DNA of 63,541 bases, filler included, from Octopus bimaculoides (GCF_001194135.2; 9 parts of 7 records of this genome joined end to end with filler, not necessarily neighbours in it); one strand, 5' to 3'. Positions 1 to 12,499 are shown, counted from the whole stretch's first letter. Translations and numbers: made by a program. The notes: generated by a model not told the origin, from the sequence alone.

Positions 1-55
<55 letters not shown>
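1..55. repeat. (TG)n microsatellite
   Basis: Pure tg dinucleotide run at window start. Confidence 0.97.
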
Positions 56-57
<2 letters not shown>

Positions 58-496
58 GAGAGAGGAGTAGAGACAACAACATGTATAAAGTAGATGTCAA
101 TACCCATATGATGATTGTTGATGGGTTGGGAAGATAAATTCGTTCAACTTATCGTCGACTTCACTCGTAAATTGAATCCAGACACAAGTGACAACAAAAC
201 GCTACGTAATGTCCACTGTCCTAATTATACCTTGATATAACATGTTATGTCCCATTTTCTTACATTTTCTTACGTTATACATTTTTTACATTTTCAACAT
301 TACTAACAGAGTAGATGATGACCAAGACATTCCACCCATGGTTATTCGTTTAATTTCAGATACGATATAATTTAATTATGTATTCTTCTCTTTTTAAAGA
401 TAGTTGTGTAATTTGAGGGAGATTTGACTGCTATGCTGAACGACCACACAGAACCTCTCATTCAATACATTTTGTTTATAATGTTCAGCTTTGCTA

Positions 497-544
497 ATAT
501 CAGATGTCACAGCTGTTGTGTGTGTGTGCGTGTGTGTGTGTGTG

Positions 545-608
<64 letters not shown>

Positions 609-1008
609 NNNNNNNNNNNNNNNNNNNNNNNNNNNNNNNNNNNNNNNNNNNNNNNNNNNNNNNNNNNNNNNNNNNNNNNNNNNNNNNNNNNNNNNNNNNN
701 NNNNNNNNNNNNNNNNNNNNNNNNNNNNNNNNNNNNNNNNNNNNNNNNNNNNNNNNNNNNNNNNNNNNNNNNNNNNNNNNNNNNNNNNNNNNNNNNNNNN
801 NNNNNNNNNNNNNNNNNNNNNNNNNNNNNNNNNNNNNNNNNNNNNNNNNNNNNNNNNNNNNNNNNNNNNNNNNNNNNNNNNNNNNNNNNNNNNNNNNNNN
901 NNNNNNNNNNNNNNNNNNNNNNNNNNNNNNNNNNNNNNNNNNNNNNNNNNNNNNNNNNNNNNNNNNNNNNNNNNNNNNNNNNNNNNNNNNNNNNNNNNNN
1001 NNNNNNNN

Positions 1009-1089
<81 letters not shown>

Positions 1090-1111
1090 TCATCATCATC
1101 ATCATCATCAC
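497..1111. repeat. Compound microsatellite (TG)n-gap-(CA)n(TA)n(CAT)n
   Basis: Seen directly; N gap 609..1008 sits inside the tract. Confidence 0.95.
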
Positions 1112-1226
1112 CACGTATCACAGATGTCATATGTTTCAATAATTATAAGTTCCAATAATCAAATGTTGTGATCCTTACATGTCATATTACTTAATTGTTG
1201 TGTAATTCAGCTGATGTGGCAATACA

Positions 1227-1306
1227 TGTTGCGATAGTCAGGTGTTGCGATAGTCAGGTGTTGCGATAGTCAGGTGTTGCGATAGTCAGGTGTTGCGATA
1301 GTCAGG
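1227..1306. repeat. Perfect 16-bp tandem repeat, 5 copies
   Basis: tgttgcgatagtcagg x5 with no mismatches and no spacers. Confidence 0.97.
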
Positions 1307-1764
1307 TTGTGAATGTCATTGATTCAAAATAATATTTTTAACCGATAAACAACCGGCATTAGAGCAGTTGAGGTATATGAACTAGAGCATGTCAAGACAT
1401 GGGTGAGTGAACTTTGTGTGTTTCATAAATATATACAGAGTATGCATGTGTTAATGTGCCTGCTTCTGTGTTTGTGCATGCATGTACGCGTGTATGTGCA
1501 TGCGTGCGCTCGTGTACGCGCTTGCATGCGTGTGTCCACATTGAAATATGCGCATTGTTTCATACTCATTACTTCATAGCTGTTTATATACATATGATAT
1601 GGACATTGACTTGTATACGGATAAATTTTCAGACACATATAATTATAGCAATAAATATAGTCATAGCACTGTAATTGCCAGAGTTCTACAACTATACAAC
1701 AACAACAAGTACATATTAAGTACAATAAATTTGAAATGTCCTCCAGCTTAAAAGATTGGGTACG

Positions 1765-1870
1765 TTTTGATCATAAAACATTGAGAAATAAAAATTTTGA
1801 TCATAAAAAATAGACAGATAAAAGTTTTGATCATTAAAGATAGACAGATAAAATTTTGACTATAAAAGAT
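1765..1870. repeat. Degenerate ~30-bp minisatellite, ~3.5 copies
   Basis: Units resembling ttttgatcataaaaaatagacagataaaa. Confidence 0.8.
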
Positions 1871-2739
1871 TAATTGAAGAGAAAATGATAATGCAAATAT
1901 GTTTCCATAGTAACATAACTTTATCAACATATTCGGTTAGATAAAATACTGCTTCTTACCTGCATTCCGCTCGTAGTGAATTCAGTTTTAAACCCGTTTA
2001 AACGGGTTTGATGTATCTAAGCAATCATGCTTTTTACTCCTCTCGTTAGATATATAAATGCATTTATTTTATTTATATATTCATATTTATATTTATGTTT
2101 CTCTCTGTCTTCTGCTAGAATCCGATGTGCAGATTGAGATTAGAATGAATGAAGATGAAAGCCAGTCTGAATGAAGTTTGACATAAATAAATCTGGCTTG
2201 ACAATGTCTTCAGTTTCGATTAATTACTCTTTCTAGTTCCAATTAAGAAGCATTTTCAATTAAAATTCATTTACATTCCCATTTAAACAATTCATTAACA
2301 GTTGTTATATAGTAATCAGTTTGCTGCAATGCAATTAATTTCAGATAATGAAAATAATAAGCTACAAAAACTGGACTGATTCCGAGGCAATATATCCAAT
2401 TAGCAACAATTAAAAGTAAACTTCACGAAGTTATAAATGTGTAGCTCAGCAAATGTCTCTGTTGATTTCACTTGAGTGCTGCAGGCAAAAATATCCGACA
2501 AGATCATTTGGAAGAAATCAAAGAAAGATAGAGACTTTTATTAGCATTAATATAAATAGCTGCAGGAATTAGTGTCCCATAGTAAGGAATGATGTCATCA
2601 GCATATATACTTTCTTCGACAGTGGTTTCTCCAACAGGAGGAATCTCTGACACGAGCAAACCTTGGTACACACCCACCTTTAAGGCACGCTGGTGAACTA
2701 CTGCAGTAACAAATCAGTAAACAAGCAACTACGTTTCGA

Positions 2740-2824
2740 TCGTAATCAACGCATCCTCGTCTTTCCTCCCATCATTCGTCGCTAGCTGGCCCCATTTTCT
2801 GCTTAGTTTCCTCTCAGATTATTC

Positions 2825-2874
<50 letters not shown>

Positions 2875-3000
2875 TTCGCACTGTTTCACTCGCTCCCACC
2901 ACCACTTTCGTCTCGCACAGTTTCATGAATGGCCAACAAAGAACCAATTAGCTTCGTCCTTTTTGCCCCGCCCATTTCAAGACGCGCCTGAATGAACTTC
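2740..3000. promoter_or_regulatory. Possible promoter-like, CpG-richer island
   Basis: CCAAT at 2944..2948 and GC box ccccgccc at 2966..2973 in locally CpG-richer DNA; no linked transcript visible. Confidence 0.2.
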
Positions 3001-3047
3001 ATCACAGGCAAAATGCACACACACACATACACGCGCACATGCACACG

Positions 3048-3078
<31 letters not shown>

Positions 3079-3212
3079 AATGCAAATATGTGTACACGCA
3101 CACGTGTGTATATTTCTTATAAAACTACATGCACACACACATAAATACACACATATACACACACACACGCTACGTGTGTGCGTGCGTGTGGGTGCGCGTA
3201 TGTGGGGGAGTG

Positions 3213-3244
<32 letters not shown>

Positions 3245-3345
3245 ACGAATGTATAAGCGTTATATATATGTGCGTATGTATGTATACAATGCATGTCTAA
3301 GTGACATATATATATATATTTATATATATATATATATTTATATAT

Positions 3346-3717
3346 TAGCTTGCTTACCAACCACATGGTCCCGGGTTCAGTCCCACTGCGTGGCATCTTG
3401 GGCAAGTGTCTTCTACTATAGCCTCGGGCCGACCAATGCCTTGTGAGTGGATTTGGTAGATGGAAACTGAAAGAAGCCTGTCGTATATATGTATATATGT
3501 ATGTATGTTTGTATGTCTGTGTTTGTCCGCCCAACATCGCTTGACAACAGATGCTGGTGTGTTTATGTCCCTGTAACTTAGCGGTTCGGCAAAAGAGAAC
3601 GAAAGAATAAGCACTAGGCTTCCAAAGAATAAGTCCTGGGGTCGATTTGCTCGACTAAAGGCGGTGCTCCAGCATGGCCACAGTCAAAAGACTGAAACAA
3701 GTAAAAGAGTAAAAGAG
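3346..3717 (+). mobile_element. SINE family A (tRNA head, CORE-like block, internal microsatellite, 3' module), 5'-truncated
   Basis: B-box-like gggttcagtccc, CORE-like cttgggcaagtgtctt, internal (TA)/(TG) tract, gtaaaaga tail; many similar copies in this window. Confidence 0.9.
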
Positions 3718-4055
3718 AATATATATATATATATATANNNNNNNNNNNNNNNNNNNNNNNNNNNNNNNNNNNNNNNNNNNNNNNNNNNNNNNNNNNNNNN
3801 NNNNNNNNNNNNNNNNNNNNNNNNNNNNNNNNNNNNNNNNNNNNNNNNNNNNNNNNNNNNNNNNNNNNNNNNNNNNNNNNNNNNNNNNNNNNNNNNNNNN
3901 NNNNNNNNNNNNNNNNNNNNNNNNNNNNNNNNNNNNNNNNNNNNNNNNNNNNNNNNNNNNNNNNNNNNNNNNNNNNNNNNNNNNNNNNNNNNNNNNNNNN
4001 NNNNNNNNNNNNNNNNNNNNNNNNNNNNNNNNNNNNNNNNNNNNNNNNNNNNNNN

Positions 4056-4109
<54 letters not shown>

Positions 4110-4190
4110 ATACACACATACACACATACATGTGTGTGTGTGTGTGCGCGCGCGTGAATATGCATACATATATATATATGTATGTACGTA

Positions 4191-4645
4191 CTTCTCTTTT
4201 ACCATTTACATGTTCCAGTCATTGGACTGCGACCACGCTGAGGAACCACCTTGAAGGGTTAAGTCAAACAAATCGATCCCACTACTTCTTTTAAGTCTGG
4301 TACTTATTCTATCAAACCCCTTTTGCCGAACCGGCATGTTACGGAGACATAACTAAACCAACACCAGTTGTCAAACGATGGGTGGGACGCAAACGCAACA
4401 CAACACCAAACACACATTCATACACATATACACAAACATGCACACATACATACATACATACATACATACATACATACATACATACATACGACGGCTTCCC
4501 TCAGTTTCCTTAGTTTCTGTCTACCAAATTCACTCACATGGCATCGATCAGCCCAGGCCTATTGTAGAAAGTACAACGCAGACAGACAAAACTCGAAACT
4601 GCGTCATTGCAAAGTAAACTTCTTAACCACAGAGCCACACGTCCG
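4191..4645 (-). mobile_element. SINE family A, diverged copy
   Basis: Reverse-complement similarity to 3346..3717 with internal (TACA)n tract. Confidence 0.75.
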
Positions 4646-4896
4646 TCTTCACACATATATATATGCATATATACGTACATATATGTACATACCTACATAT
4701 ATATGAATATAAACATGCATATATGGGTACAGGACATCAAAAAAACGTAGACACAATGAGAAACGAAAACATAAAAACGAAAACAGAAAACGAACTNNNN
4801 NNNNNNNNNNNNNNNNNNNNNNNNNNNNNNNNNNNNNNNNTTAATTAATTAANNNNNNNNNNNNNNNNNNNNNNNNNNNNNNNNNNNNNNNNNNNN

Positions 4897-4963
4897 ACTA
4901 GGGTCGATCTAATCGACTGGCCCCTCCTCCAAAATTACAGGCCTTGTGCCTATAGTAGAACAG

Positions 4964-4998
<35 letters not shown>

Positions 4999-5228
4999 GG
5001 CGATGAGCTGGTATAGACGTTAGCAGCCTGGGCGATTGCTTGGCGGTATTTCGTCTGATTTCACGTTCTGAGTTCAAATTCCGCGGAGGTCGAATTTGCC
5101 TTTCATCCTTTCGGAGTCGATAAATTAAGTCCCAGTGAAACACTGGGGTCGATGCTATCGACTATCCCCCTCCCCATCAAAATATTCCAGGCCCTGTGCT
5201 TATAGTGGAAAGGATCATTATTATTATT
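4897..5228 (+). mobile_element. SINE family B: 3' fragment, (ATT)n, then a full copy head-to-tail
   Basis: Full copy 4999..5228 has ggcgatgagctgg head, B box gagttcaaattcc, central gcctttcatcctttcggagtcgataaattaagt block and (ATT)n tail. Confidence 0.88.
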
Positions 5229-5550
5229 TTATAATCTTTGCACAGCTTCTAGCGCTGGAGATGTACTACGGTGTCCGCTGTTCACTACCACTGAACTAAG
5301 GTAACAGCCCTTATTTTTCGAGCACCATGCGGAGTATTCGAGCAATTCCAAGCAGTACTGCTTTCTGCAAGTGCTCCGCTCTTATTGCATCCATATTTGT
5401 TCCATGTACTTCTCAAGATTTTTACTCACTGTTCTCAGGGCTCCGACAATTATTGGTCATACTACCACCCTTTTCATCGACCACAACTGCTTAACCTCCC
5501 AAGCTAACCTGTCAAATCTATCGACTTTTCTTTCTTCCTTATCGCATACC
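5229..5550 (-). mobile_element. R4/Dong-like non-LTR retrotransposon 3' end (restriction-like endonuclease C-terminus)
   Basis: Minus strand reads KEERKVDRFDRLAWEVKQLWSMKRVVV*PIIVGAL...HLQKAVLLGIARILRMVLEK*, then a short 3' UTR ending in (TAA)n. Confidence 0.8.
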
Positions 5551-7218
5551 GGATAGCCGGGTCGTGTATGAGTATATGCGTGTTTATGTGTCTGCATGTG
5601 TTTGCATATGTGCGTGTATACTACTGTTATAACACAATGATCACACATACACAGGTATGCACATACTGTTGTTAAAAGATGAACATGCTCGCGGCTACAA
5701 TTTGTACACATTTAGATACTAAAACACACGTTTTCCATCCAACAGTTCTTGCACGTTTCTTTCATAATCGCTCTGTTCCTGCCTCCAGCCATCTACCAAC
5801 CGTATCCAGGGTTTTACACTTATTCAAAAGCCAGTCAGTTGTTTCACATACATACACATACATATCCACGTACATGCATATACACATACATATGCACGCA
5901 GATGGATATACACATACAAGCATATACATGTAGACGGCCATATATACACAGTTTGAGGAAAATAAAGAACAGGCGCGATATAGTCTTCCGGAGACACACA
6001 CAGACTTAATGCAAAATTTATAGAGGATTTTCACAATATCTTCTACTTGAATAAGAAGTACTTTGTTTTTATGTAACGATATTCATTATAGATATATTCC
6101 AGTGAATTGGTAAAATTTGGCAATTCAAGCTAATATTACGCGATAATTTTCAATCGTTTTCAGTTTAGGCAACAATAAAATTGAAGTGAATGTTAAACGT
6201 GGCGCATAATATTGGTGTTAAATAGTTTGCTGACTTCTCTGTTGCAAGTGGAGTGAAGACAAATGTTTTGGGCAATTATGATTTTCTATAATCAATAAAT
6301 CGCACTCTATTTACATTCCCAATGGATAAGTGGTTAAAAATCAATAAGTCAAGTGCTAATAGGCAGTACCCGAGCAACGTGAATGAAAGAGGTCATAATA
6401 TCTACAACAATCTTCACCTTCGCAACTGCAAGACGAGCAAAGTAAAATCAAGAAAAGAAAATGTAATGCAACTTTTACTGCGTGCGGTCACACGTGGACT
6501 GGTGATCAAATTTCATCGAGTGAACTGTGCGTTGACGTGGAAAGATTTTAAGTAATAGCAGCCTAAATCCATCACAAATTAACGCGATATTCAGGGGCAA
6601 CACATTCCAATTTCAGAAAAAAAAAAAATTCAATTTGAGAAAATTTAAAAGGAACGTATTTAGAAATGAATGAAATGAAAGCTTCGTTTTCGAAATAAAT
6701 TGCCTTCTGATGGTAATTAGTTTAATTTTTAATTTTAATGAAATGGTTCACTTCGTAATATATCTAATTAAAAATTTAGAAGTTATATCATGCTGAAGAT
6801 TTCCAAAAAGAATGAAATAGTGCCACACATGATTACCCCCAATTGGGAATTGCAAGAAATTCATAACAGATTAAAAAAATTAAATAAGAAAATGAAATGA
6901 CAAACGAATAAATGATTATCATATGAACTTCATTAGCTTACAGCTGTTTCTACTATAAGATGCAGTGGACTCATAGTTGAGTGCCTGGGTGCCTGAGTAA
7001 CACATTACAGCTTCATCGGAACATCGAATGCGAAGAAAAAATGTGTGCATTTCTTTCTTATATTTTTCAAATTCAAATTTAAAAATTCTAATCCCGCTTA
7101 ATTTTACGAGGAGATGTTTATCTCCCTTCTATTAACGGCCACTACCAGAGGGAACCACGTATATTTAAAAAATGTTTTTATTTGCTTTATATATATATGA
7201 ATGATTATAAAAATTGTT

Positions 7219-7500
7219 GGAGCACATCACAATACTGAAAAAGCTCAGTGGTCAGTGTGTCGGGCTCACAATCATGTGGTAGTGAGTTCAATTCCCGGAC
7301 TGCGCTGTGTGTTGTGTTCTTCAGTAAGGCACTTTATTTCACGTTACTCCAGTTCACTCAGCGGTAGAAACGAGTTGCGACGACACCAGTGCCAAGCTGT
7401 ATCGGCCTTTGCCTTTCCCTTGGATAACATCAGTGGCAGGGAGAGGGGAGGTTGGTATGCATGGTATGCGACTGCTGGTCTTCCATAAACAACCTTGCCC
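7219..7500 (+). mobile_element. SINE family C (tRNA-derived, CORE-like)
   Basis: A-box-like gctcagtggtcag, B box gagttcaattccc, tgtgttcttcagtaaggcactt block; a related 5' fragment lies near 50588..50670. Confidence 0.7.
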
Positions 7501-7600
7501 ACCGTAAACTTTGTGGATTTTATTAAATTAAGACCACTAAATGCAAGAATCTTCGGTTTATTATGTGAGAATACGTGAAAATAAATGTGTACGCAAGCTG

Positions 7601-7997
7601 CGAGGGTGAGCTGAAACGTTCATAGGTTGACTATGAAGAGGGGATGTTAGAGTTGTGAAATCGTTCATGCATTAATTTCAACTCTTATTAGAAACAGCAT
7701 TGTTTCTTTCCTGATAAACTGACTTGACTGTTCAAAGAAAACTTCAGAAGTAACTAGTTGCGACTTCTCTTGTGAATGGACAAAATTTGGCATCATGGTA
7801 TTATTAAATACTCGCAGAAAAACTGTTTAGCTCAGAGGGACATTCATGCTGACATGGTTGCTACATTAAGGGGTGACGCTCCAGATTTGTCAACTGAGCA
7901 AAAGTCGGCAGCTGAATTTAGGAGGGAAACGGAAAGTCTTGAAGATGACCCAAAGTCTGAACCTCCTGAAACTGCCACCACTGAGGAAAACATTGAT
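7601..7997 (+). mobile_element. Mariner element 5' part with transposase N-terminus
   Basis: cgaggg-type TIR at 7601; ORF from 7776 MDKIWHHGIIKY...AAEFRRETESLEDDPKSEPPETATTEENID matches the mariner helix-turn-helix region (consensus WAAEFKRGRxSLEDDPRSGRP). Confidence 0.85.
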
Positions 7998-8031
7998 CTA
8001 ACCACTGAGCCATGCACCTTCACATATATAG

Positions 8032-8074
<43 letters not shown>

Positions 8075-8110
8075 TGTATATATATGTGTGTGTGTGTGTG
8101 TGTGTGCGTG

Positions 8111-8270
8111 TACGACGGTCTTCTACATTTTTCGTCTACTAAATTCACTCACATAGCATTAGTCATTCTGTGCCTATAGAAGAAGACACTTTCTCAAGGT
8201 GCCGTGCAGTGGGATAGGACCCAAAATCACGTGGTTCCAAAGCGTGTTTCTTAACCACATAGCCATGCGT
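8111..8270 (-). mobile_element. SINE family A, 5' half
   Basis: gaagacactttctcaaggtgcc...ttcttaaccacatagcc matches the reverse complement of the family A head and CORE. Confidence 0.75.
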
Positions 8271-10001
8271 AGAGTATTGCTGAAAAACTTGCAGGTTATT
8301 TATTTTTTTATTACCAGACAAAATGTGTCAATGAATAAGTATTTTCTGTATGAAATTGAAAAACAAGTTTGGGTCGAAAACTCATTTGTTGACGCGTTAA
8401 ACGTAAGCAATCTTTCACGGAAAGCAAATTAAGAGTAAATAAACATTCCAACGATTTTTACCTTAGAAGCAAACTTCCAGCAAAAGGAAGTGACAACGTT
8501 TTGGATTGCATTATTAATGGACTGCCGTACGAATAAGCATAGAAGCTTTGAAAGTGTTAATACAATTTCTAACTACATATTTATGTGAAAGAAATATTCA
8601 ATAGCAAAAAAAAAAAAGAAAAAAAAGAAAGGAAGATAGAAAAAAGATAAAAAAGGAAATAGACTGAATATATAGAAGCTGAAGTTGTTACAAGTAACGT
8701 CCATGCTTCCAAATATATGTAGTCTCGTTTTCCACTGTTTCATTTATCAATGATCCAGGATAATACGGTAGACTTAATTGTGAACTGTGTTACGCTTATC
8801 ACGGATGATATGTGATAACACGAGTCAGCGATAAGACAAAGATGCAGATTATACTGCAAAAAAAGGGCACCTCAGTATCCATCAACATTGCTCAGCGACC
8901 TAGAGTGCACTGACTATCGCTTCTATTTTCATGACCATACTGCAAGGCTGCATAAATTTACATATTCGTACTCATCAAGATGGGACCAATGAACAGAAGG
9001 ACAAAAAGCAAAAAAAAAACAAAACAAAAAAACAAATGTGTCTGATTCTCACAAACAAAGAATAAGTCCTGGGGTCGATTTTTTCGACTAAAGGCGGTGC
9101 TCCAGTATGGCCACAGTCAACTAAAACATGTAAAAGAATAAAAGCATATACATATACACGATGCGATGGGTATATTGTCACCATTTTATATTTCTAATTT
9201 CACACATGCGTAATGCTTGTTTTTGATTTTGTTGACTACACCGTATAATTGGGTCAGTTAGGCACCATCTGTGAGAAAACACCACCCTGGCACAATTCAC
9301 TCTGTCAGAACTTTGGAAACGACATGCTGTACTGGTTAGTATTCGCGCTGAAAGCTCCAATACGAACATTTTAGAGTGTTTGGGTGTCAATATGAGGACA
9401 TGTACTGAAAGTGATAAAAATCAAACATCCAGTCAACATCATGGTGTTTGGAATGATCACTAGTGATGGTGACGCTATACCTCCATTCATCTTCCCACAC
9501 GGCCTCACACTCAACACGGAGGTCTACATCAATTGTCTGGAAAAAGTAGTGCTACGCTGGGTCAAGAGGGTGGCTGCTGGAAGACCCAATGTCTGGCAAC
9601 AGGACTCTGCACCATGCCACATGAGAAGAAGAACCCAGTCATGGCTGTCAGACAATTTCTGCGACCACACCATCCCTAATATCTGGCCACCTAACTCCCC
9701 TGACTGCAACCCCCTTGATTATTATGTGTAGGGCGCAGTTGAGCGAGAGACCAACAAAACTCTTTGTAACACCAAAGGTTAACTGAAGGAAAGGATTATG
9801 GTAGCACTGACCAACTTAAACAGACCGCCCAGGAGATTTGCAGGAGATTCCGAAGTCATCTGGAGGCCATGGTTGAAGCCAATGACGATTTTATTGAATA
9901 AATTTGCTCTTTAGTATTTCAAGATACTTTAATGTAACTTTAGTAAGTATATCTGTTAAAATGAGATGTCAGTATTATTTTCATTTTTGCGTAATTTAGA
10001 C

Positions 10002-11445
10002 CAGTGATTCCCAGCGTGGTCCCTGGGGCCCACCGGTGGTCCCCAGAGAATTTCTAGTGGTCTCCAGAGAATTCATAGCCATAAAAAATTGAAGCCATTT
10101 CATATCTACACAATATAGTTCGATAATAAAGACACTGTTATTTAATGATAATTTATGTGAAGACAATAATAATAAGAAAACAAAATTCAATAATTATTCC
10201 ATAAGAATCAATAATGTATAATATATAATCAATAATATATTACAATCAAGAATTACACAATTTAAATTTTACAATCACAACAGTTTAATTATAAATTTGA
10301 TATTTTAAATTGATCATTACACAATATTGTTTAATAATAAATTTGATGCTTTTAATTTATAGAAATAAATTATTTATTATTTTGTAGAAATAAAGTGTCT
10401 ATTATTTTTTATTTGTTTTAAGCTCAGTTGTAATAATGTCTGAACCAACTGCTAAAATGGCAAAACTGAGGAACTACAAAGAAGATTTTATCATGTTTGG
10501 TTTTGTATCTGTAGACTCAAAACCTATGTGTCTTGAATGTGATGCCATCATGACAAATCATTCAGTTAAGCTGGAACAGCACCAGAAATTAAGGCATCCA
10601 TTATCTGTTGGTAAAGGTAGGGAATATTTTGAGAATAAAAAGAAAATGCAGCCAATCAAACTACCAGACTTTGTAAAGAAGATAAATACTGAAAAAGCAA
10701 AGACACTCAAACCAAGTCATTTGGTCTCAGAAATTATTGCCAAGGTTGCAGCACCTCAGATTTATGATGAGAAACTTGTCAAGCCTGCTATGATAGCTTG
10801 TGCAAATGAAGTTCTGGGAAAAGATGCTGCATCTACTCTGAGTACAATTCCACTTTCAAATAACACAATTACAAAAAGACAGGATGAAATGTCTAATTTA
10901 GTTGAGAAGATTGTGGAAATTCTCCAAAAGATAAATTTTTCTATCCAGGTTGATGATAGCACAATTCATAACTAAAATATCCTTCTGGTCTATGTCAGAT
11001 TCATCCATTTCTTTCTCTACCACATGGATGGTGGAATCTGCATTTTCAGCTGTTGTAGATATTTTAAATAGAAAAAGAAATAAATTAGATGTCAACAGCA
11101 GAGCAACTATCAGACTCAGACTAAATGAGTTCATTAAACTTGATTAGGATATCTTGTGTCAGAAACACCAATATCAAGCTAGTCACTAGCTGAATGGACT
11201 AAAAATGAACGACTTTATGAAAAATGATTTTGATATCTTGTGTTTATCTTTGTTTACTAAATTAAATTTAAAATTTTATGTTTTGTTTGCCAAAATAAAT
11301 TTTAAAGTCTAAATAGACTATTTTGTCTTTTCATTAAGTATTTTAATGTGAAAATAGAACAGCATAAAGTAAGAGTAGAAGTGGTCCCTAGTAATTTTTT
11401 CGAGTAAAAAATGGTCCCTGGGCTGAAAAAGTTTGGGAACCACTG
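10002..11445 (+). mobile_element. hAT (Charlie/Buster-like) DNA transposon, internally deleted
   Basis: TIRs cagtgattccca / tgggaaccactg; perfect 8-bp TSD atttagac at 9994..10001 and 11446..11453. Confidence 0.95.
10436..11190 (+). pseudogene. hAT transposase remnant (BED-like N-terminus joined to dimerisation-domain C-terminus)
   Basis: RNYKEDFIMFGF...PMCLECDAIMTNHS...LRHP to SIQVDDST, then TTWMVESAFSAV...RNKLDV...HQYQASH*; most of the catalytic core is deleted. Confidence 0.85.
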
Positions 11446-11544
11446 ATTTAGACAACAGTTTGTTCACCGCAGCCTGTATATATATATACAATACACACAC
11501 ACGCACATATATGTGTATATGTTTGTGCACTCCTTTCTATAAGC

Positions 11545-11775
11545 ATTTCCTGTCCCCACTGGACAACTGGTGTTGGTTTGTTTACTTCTCGTAATTTAGC
11601 AGTTCAGCAAAAGTGAGCGACAGATTATGTACCAGACTTTTAAAAAAATCCCCAAAACCCTTGAATAAGCAAGAACTGGGGTCAATTTGCACGACTAAAC
11701 AATTCAAGGCAGTGTCCCAGCATGGTCGCAGTCCAATGACAGAAACAAAAACAAAAGAAAAGATAAAAGAATAAA
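11545..11775 (+). mobile_element. SINE family A, 3' half
   Basis: gacaactggtgttgg...ctggggtcaatttgcacgact...cagcatggtcgcagtc and A-rich tail. Confidence 0.75.
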
Positions 11776-12323
11776 GACATATCAGGAGACCTATTTGACT
11801 GATGTCTCGTCTATTGAACTTCGACAAAAAAAAAAAAAAAGGGCAAAAGACAAAAGTGAAACAGTTTTATTTTTACGAATGTCAACAACACTTGCTACCG
11901 AATAAATACTTCACAGATTAAAATAAAACAAACAATTAAAAAATTAACACAAAACCAGAAAAGGTAAGATAGATAAATAAATGAATAAATAACTAAAAAG
12001 ATTTACAATGAAGAATTGTGATTAGAATTACCCATTTCTAAAAGCTGATCAATATTTCTAGAGTAGCTGTCACATGTCGTTGAGTGTAATTATTCAGCAA
12101 AGAACGAGAGGGAAAGAGTCCTTATGTGAAATCTAATAAGGTAATAGCGATTGTTGCTTTTTCCTCTGTAGCGACAACTGACTTGATGACAGCAATGAAG
12201 CATAGCATAATACGTTGGAGTGTGGTATTAAATTAATCCGGTGGATGCTAATTTCTGCAGTTAATGCTTCGATGTTTATAGCCATCCACATACTTTGATA
12301 CTGAGATATTGTGCTCTATTTTA

Positions 12324-12474
12324 GGCGCAGGTGTGGCTGTGTGGTAAGACGCTTGTTTCCCAACCACATGGTTCCGGGTTCAGTTCTACTGTGCGGCACC
12401 TTGGGCAAGTGTCTTCTGCTATACCCTCGGGTCAACCAAAGTTTTGTGAATGGATACGGAAACTGAAAGAAGCC
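12324..12474 (+). mobile_element. SINE family A, 5' half with intact head
   Basis: ggcgcaggtgtggctgtgtggtaag (A box), gggttcagttc (B box), accttgggcaagtgtctt (CORE-like). Confidence 0.88.
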
Positions 12475-12499
12475 TTGTAACCACATGTGAATCGTTGGC

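Larger units (their letters stand above)
9157..11476 (+). mobile_element. Tc1/mariner DD37D (maT-type) element, internally deleted, interrupted by hAT
   Basis: QQDSAPCH...WPPNSPDCNPLDYYV with 37 residues between the 2nd and 3rd Asp (ORF 9411..9731); degenerate TIRs flanked by TA at 9155..9156 and 11477..11478. Confidence 0.85.

Noticed and set aside
394-1171. Long ORFs spanning N gaps (also ~3.6-4.2, 12.6-13.1, 21.4-22.0, 25.3-26.0, 40.9-41.8, 52.0-53.1, 54.1-54.7 kb)
   Set aside because: They are open only because Ns and dinucleotide repeats contain no stop codons.
1227-1306. CRISPR-like array
   Set aside because: Contiguous repeats with no spacers, no cas genes, eukaryotic context; the same applies to 13325..13576.
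2728-2765. Additional hammerhead-like remnants (also near 6940..6960 and 28585..28610)
   Set aside because: The CUGANGA core is absent or too degenerate to support a call.
4841-4852. TTAATTAATTAA islands in the middle of N runs (also near 25183, 31821, 38853, 47634, 59611, 60722, 62301)
   Set aside because: An identical 12-mer centred in gaps, giving stops in all frames, is an assembly or scaffolding spacer and not biology.
6322-6555. MDKWLK ORF as a hAT transposase start
   Set aside because: Only a generic N-terminal resemblance; no BED finger, TIR or TSD found.
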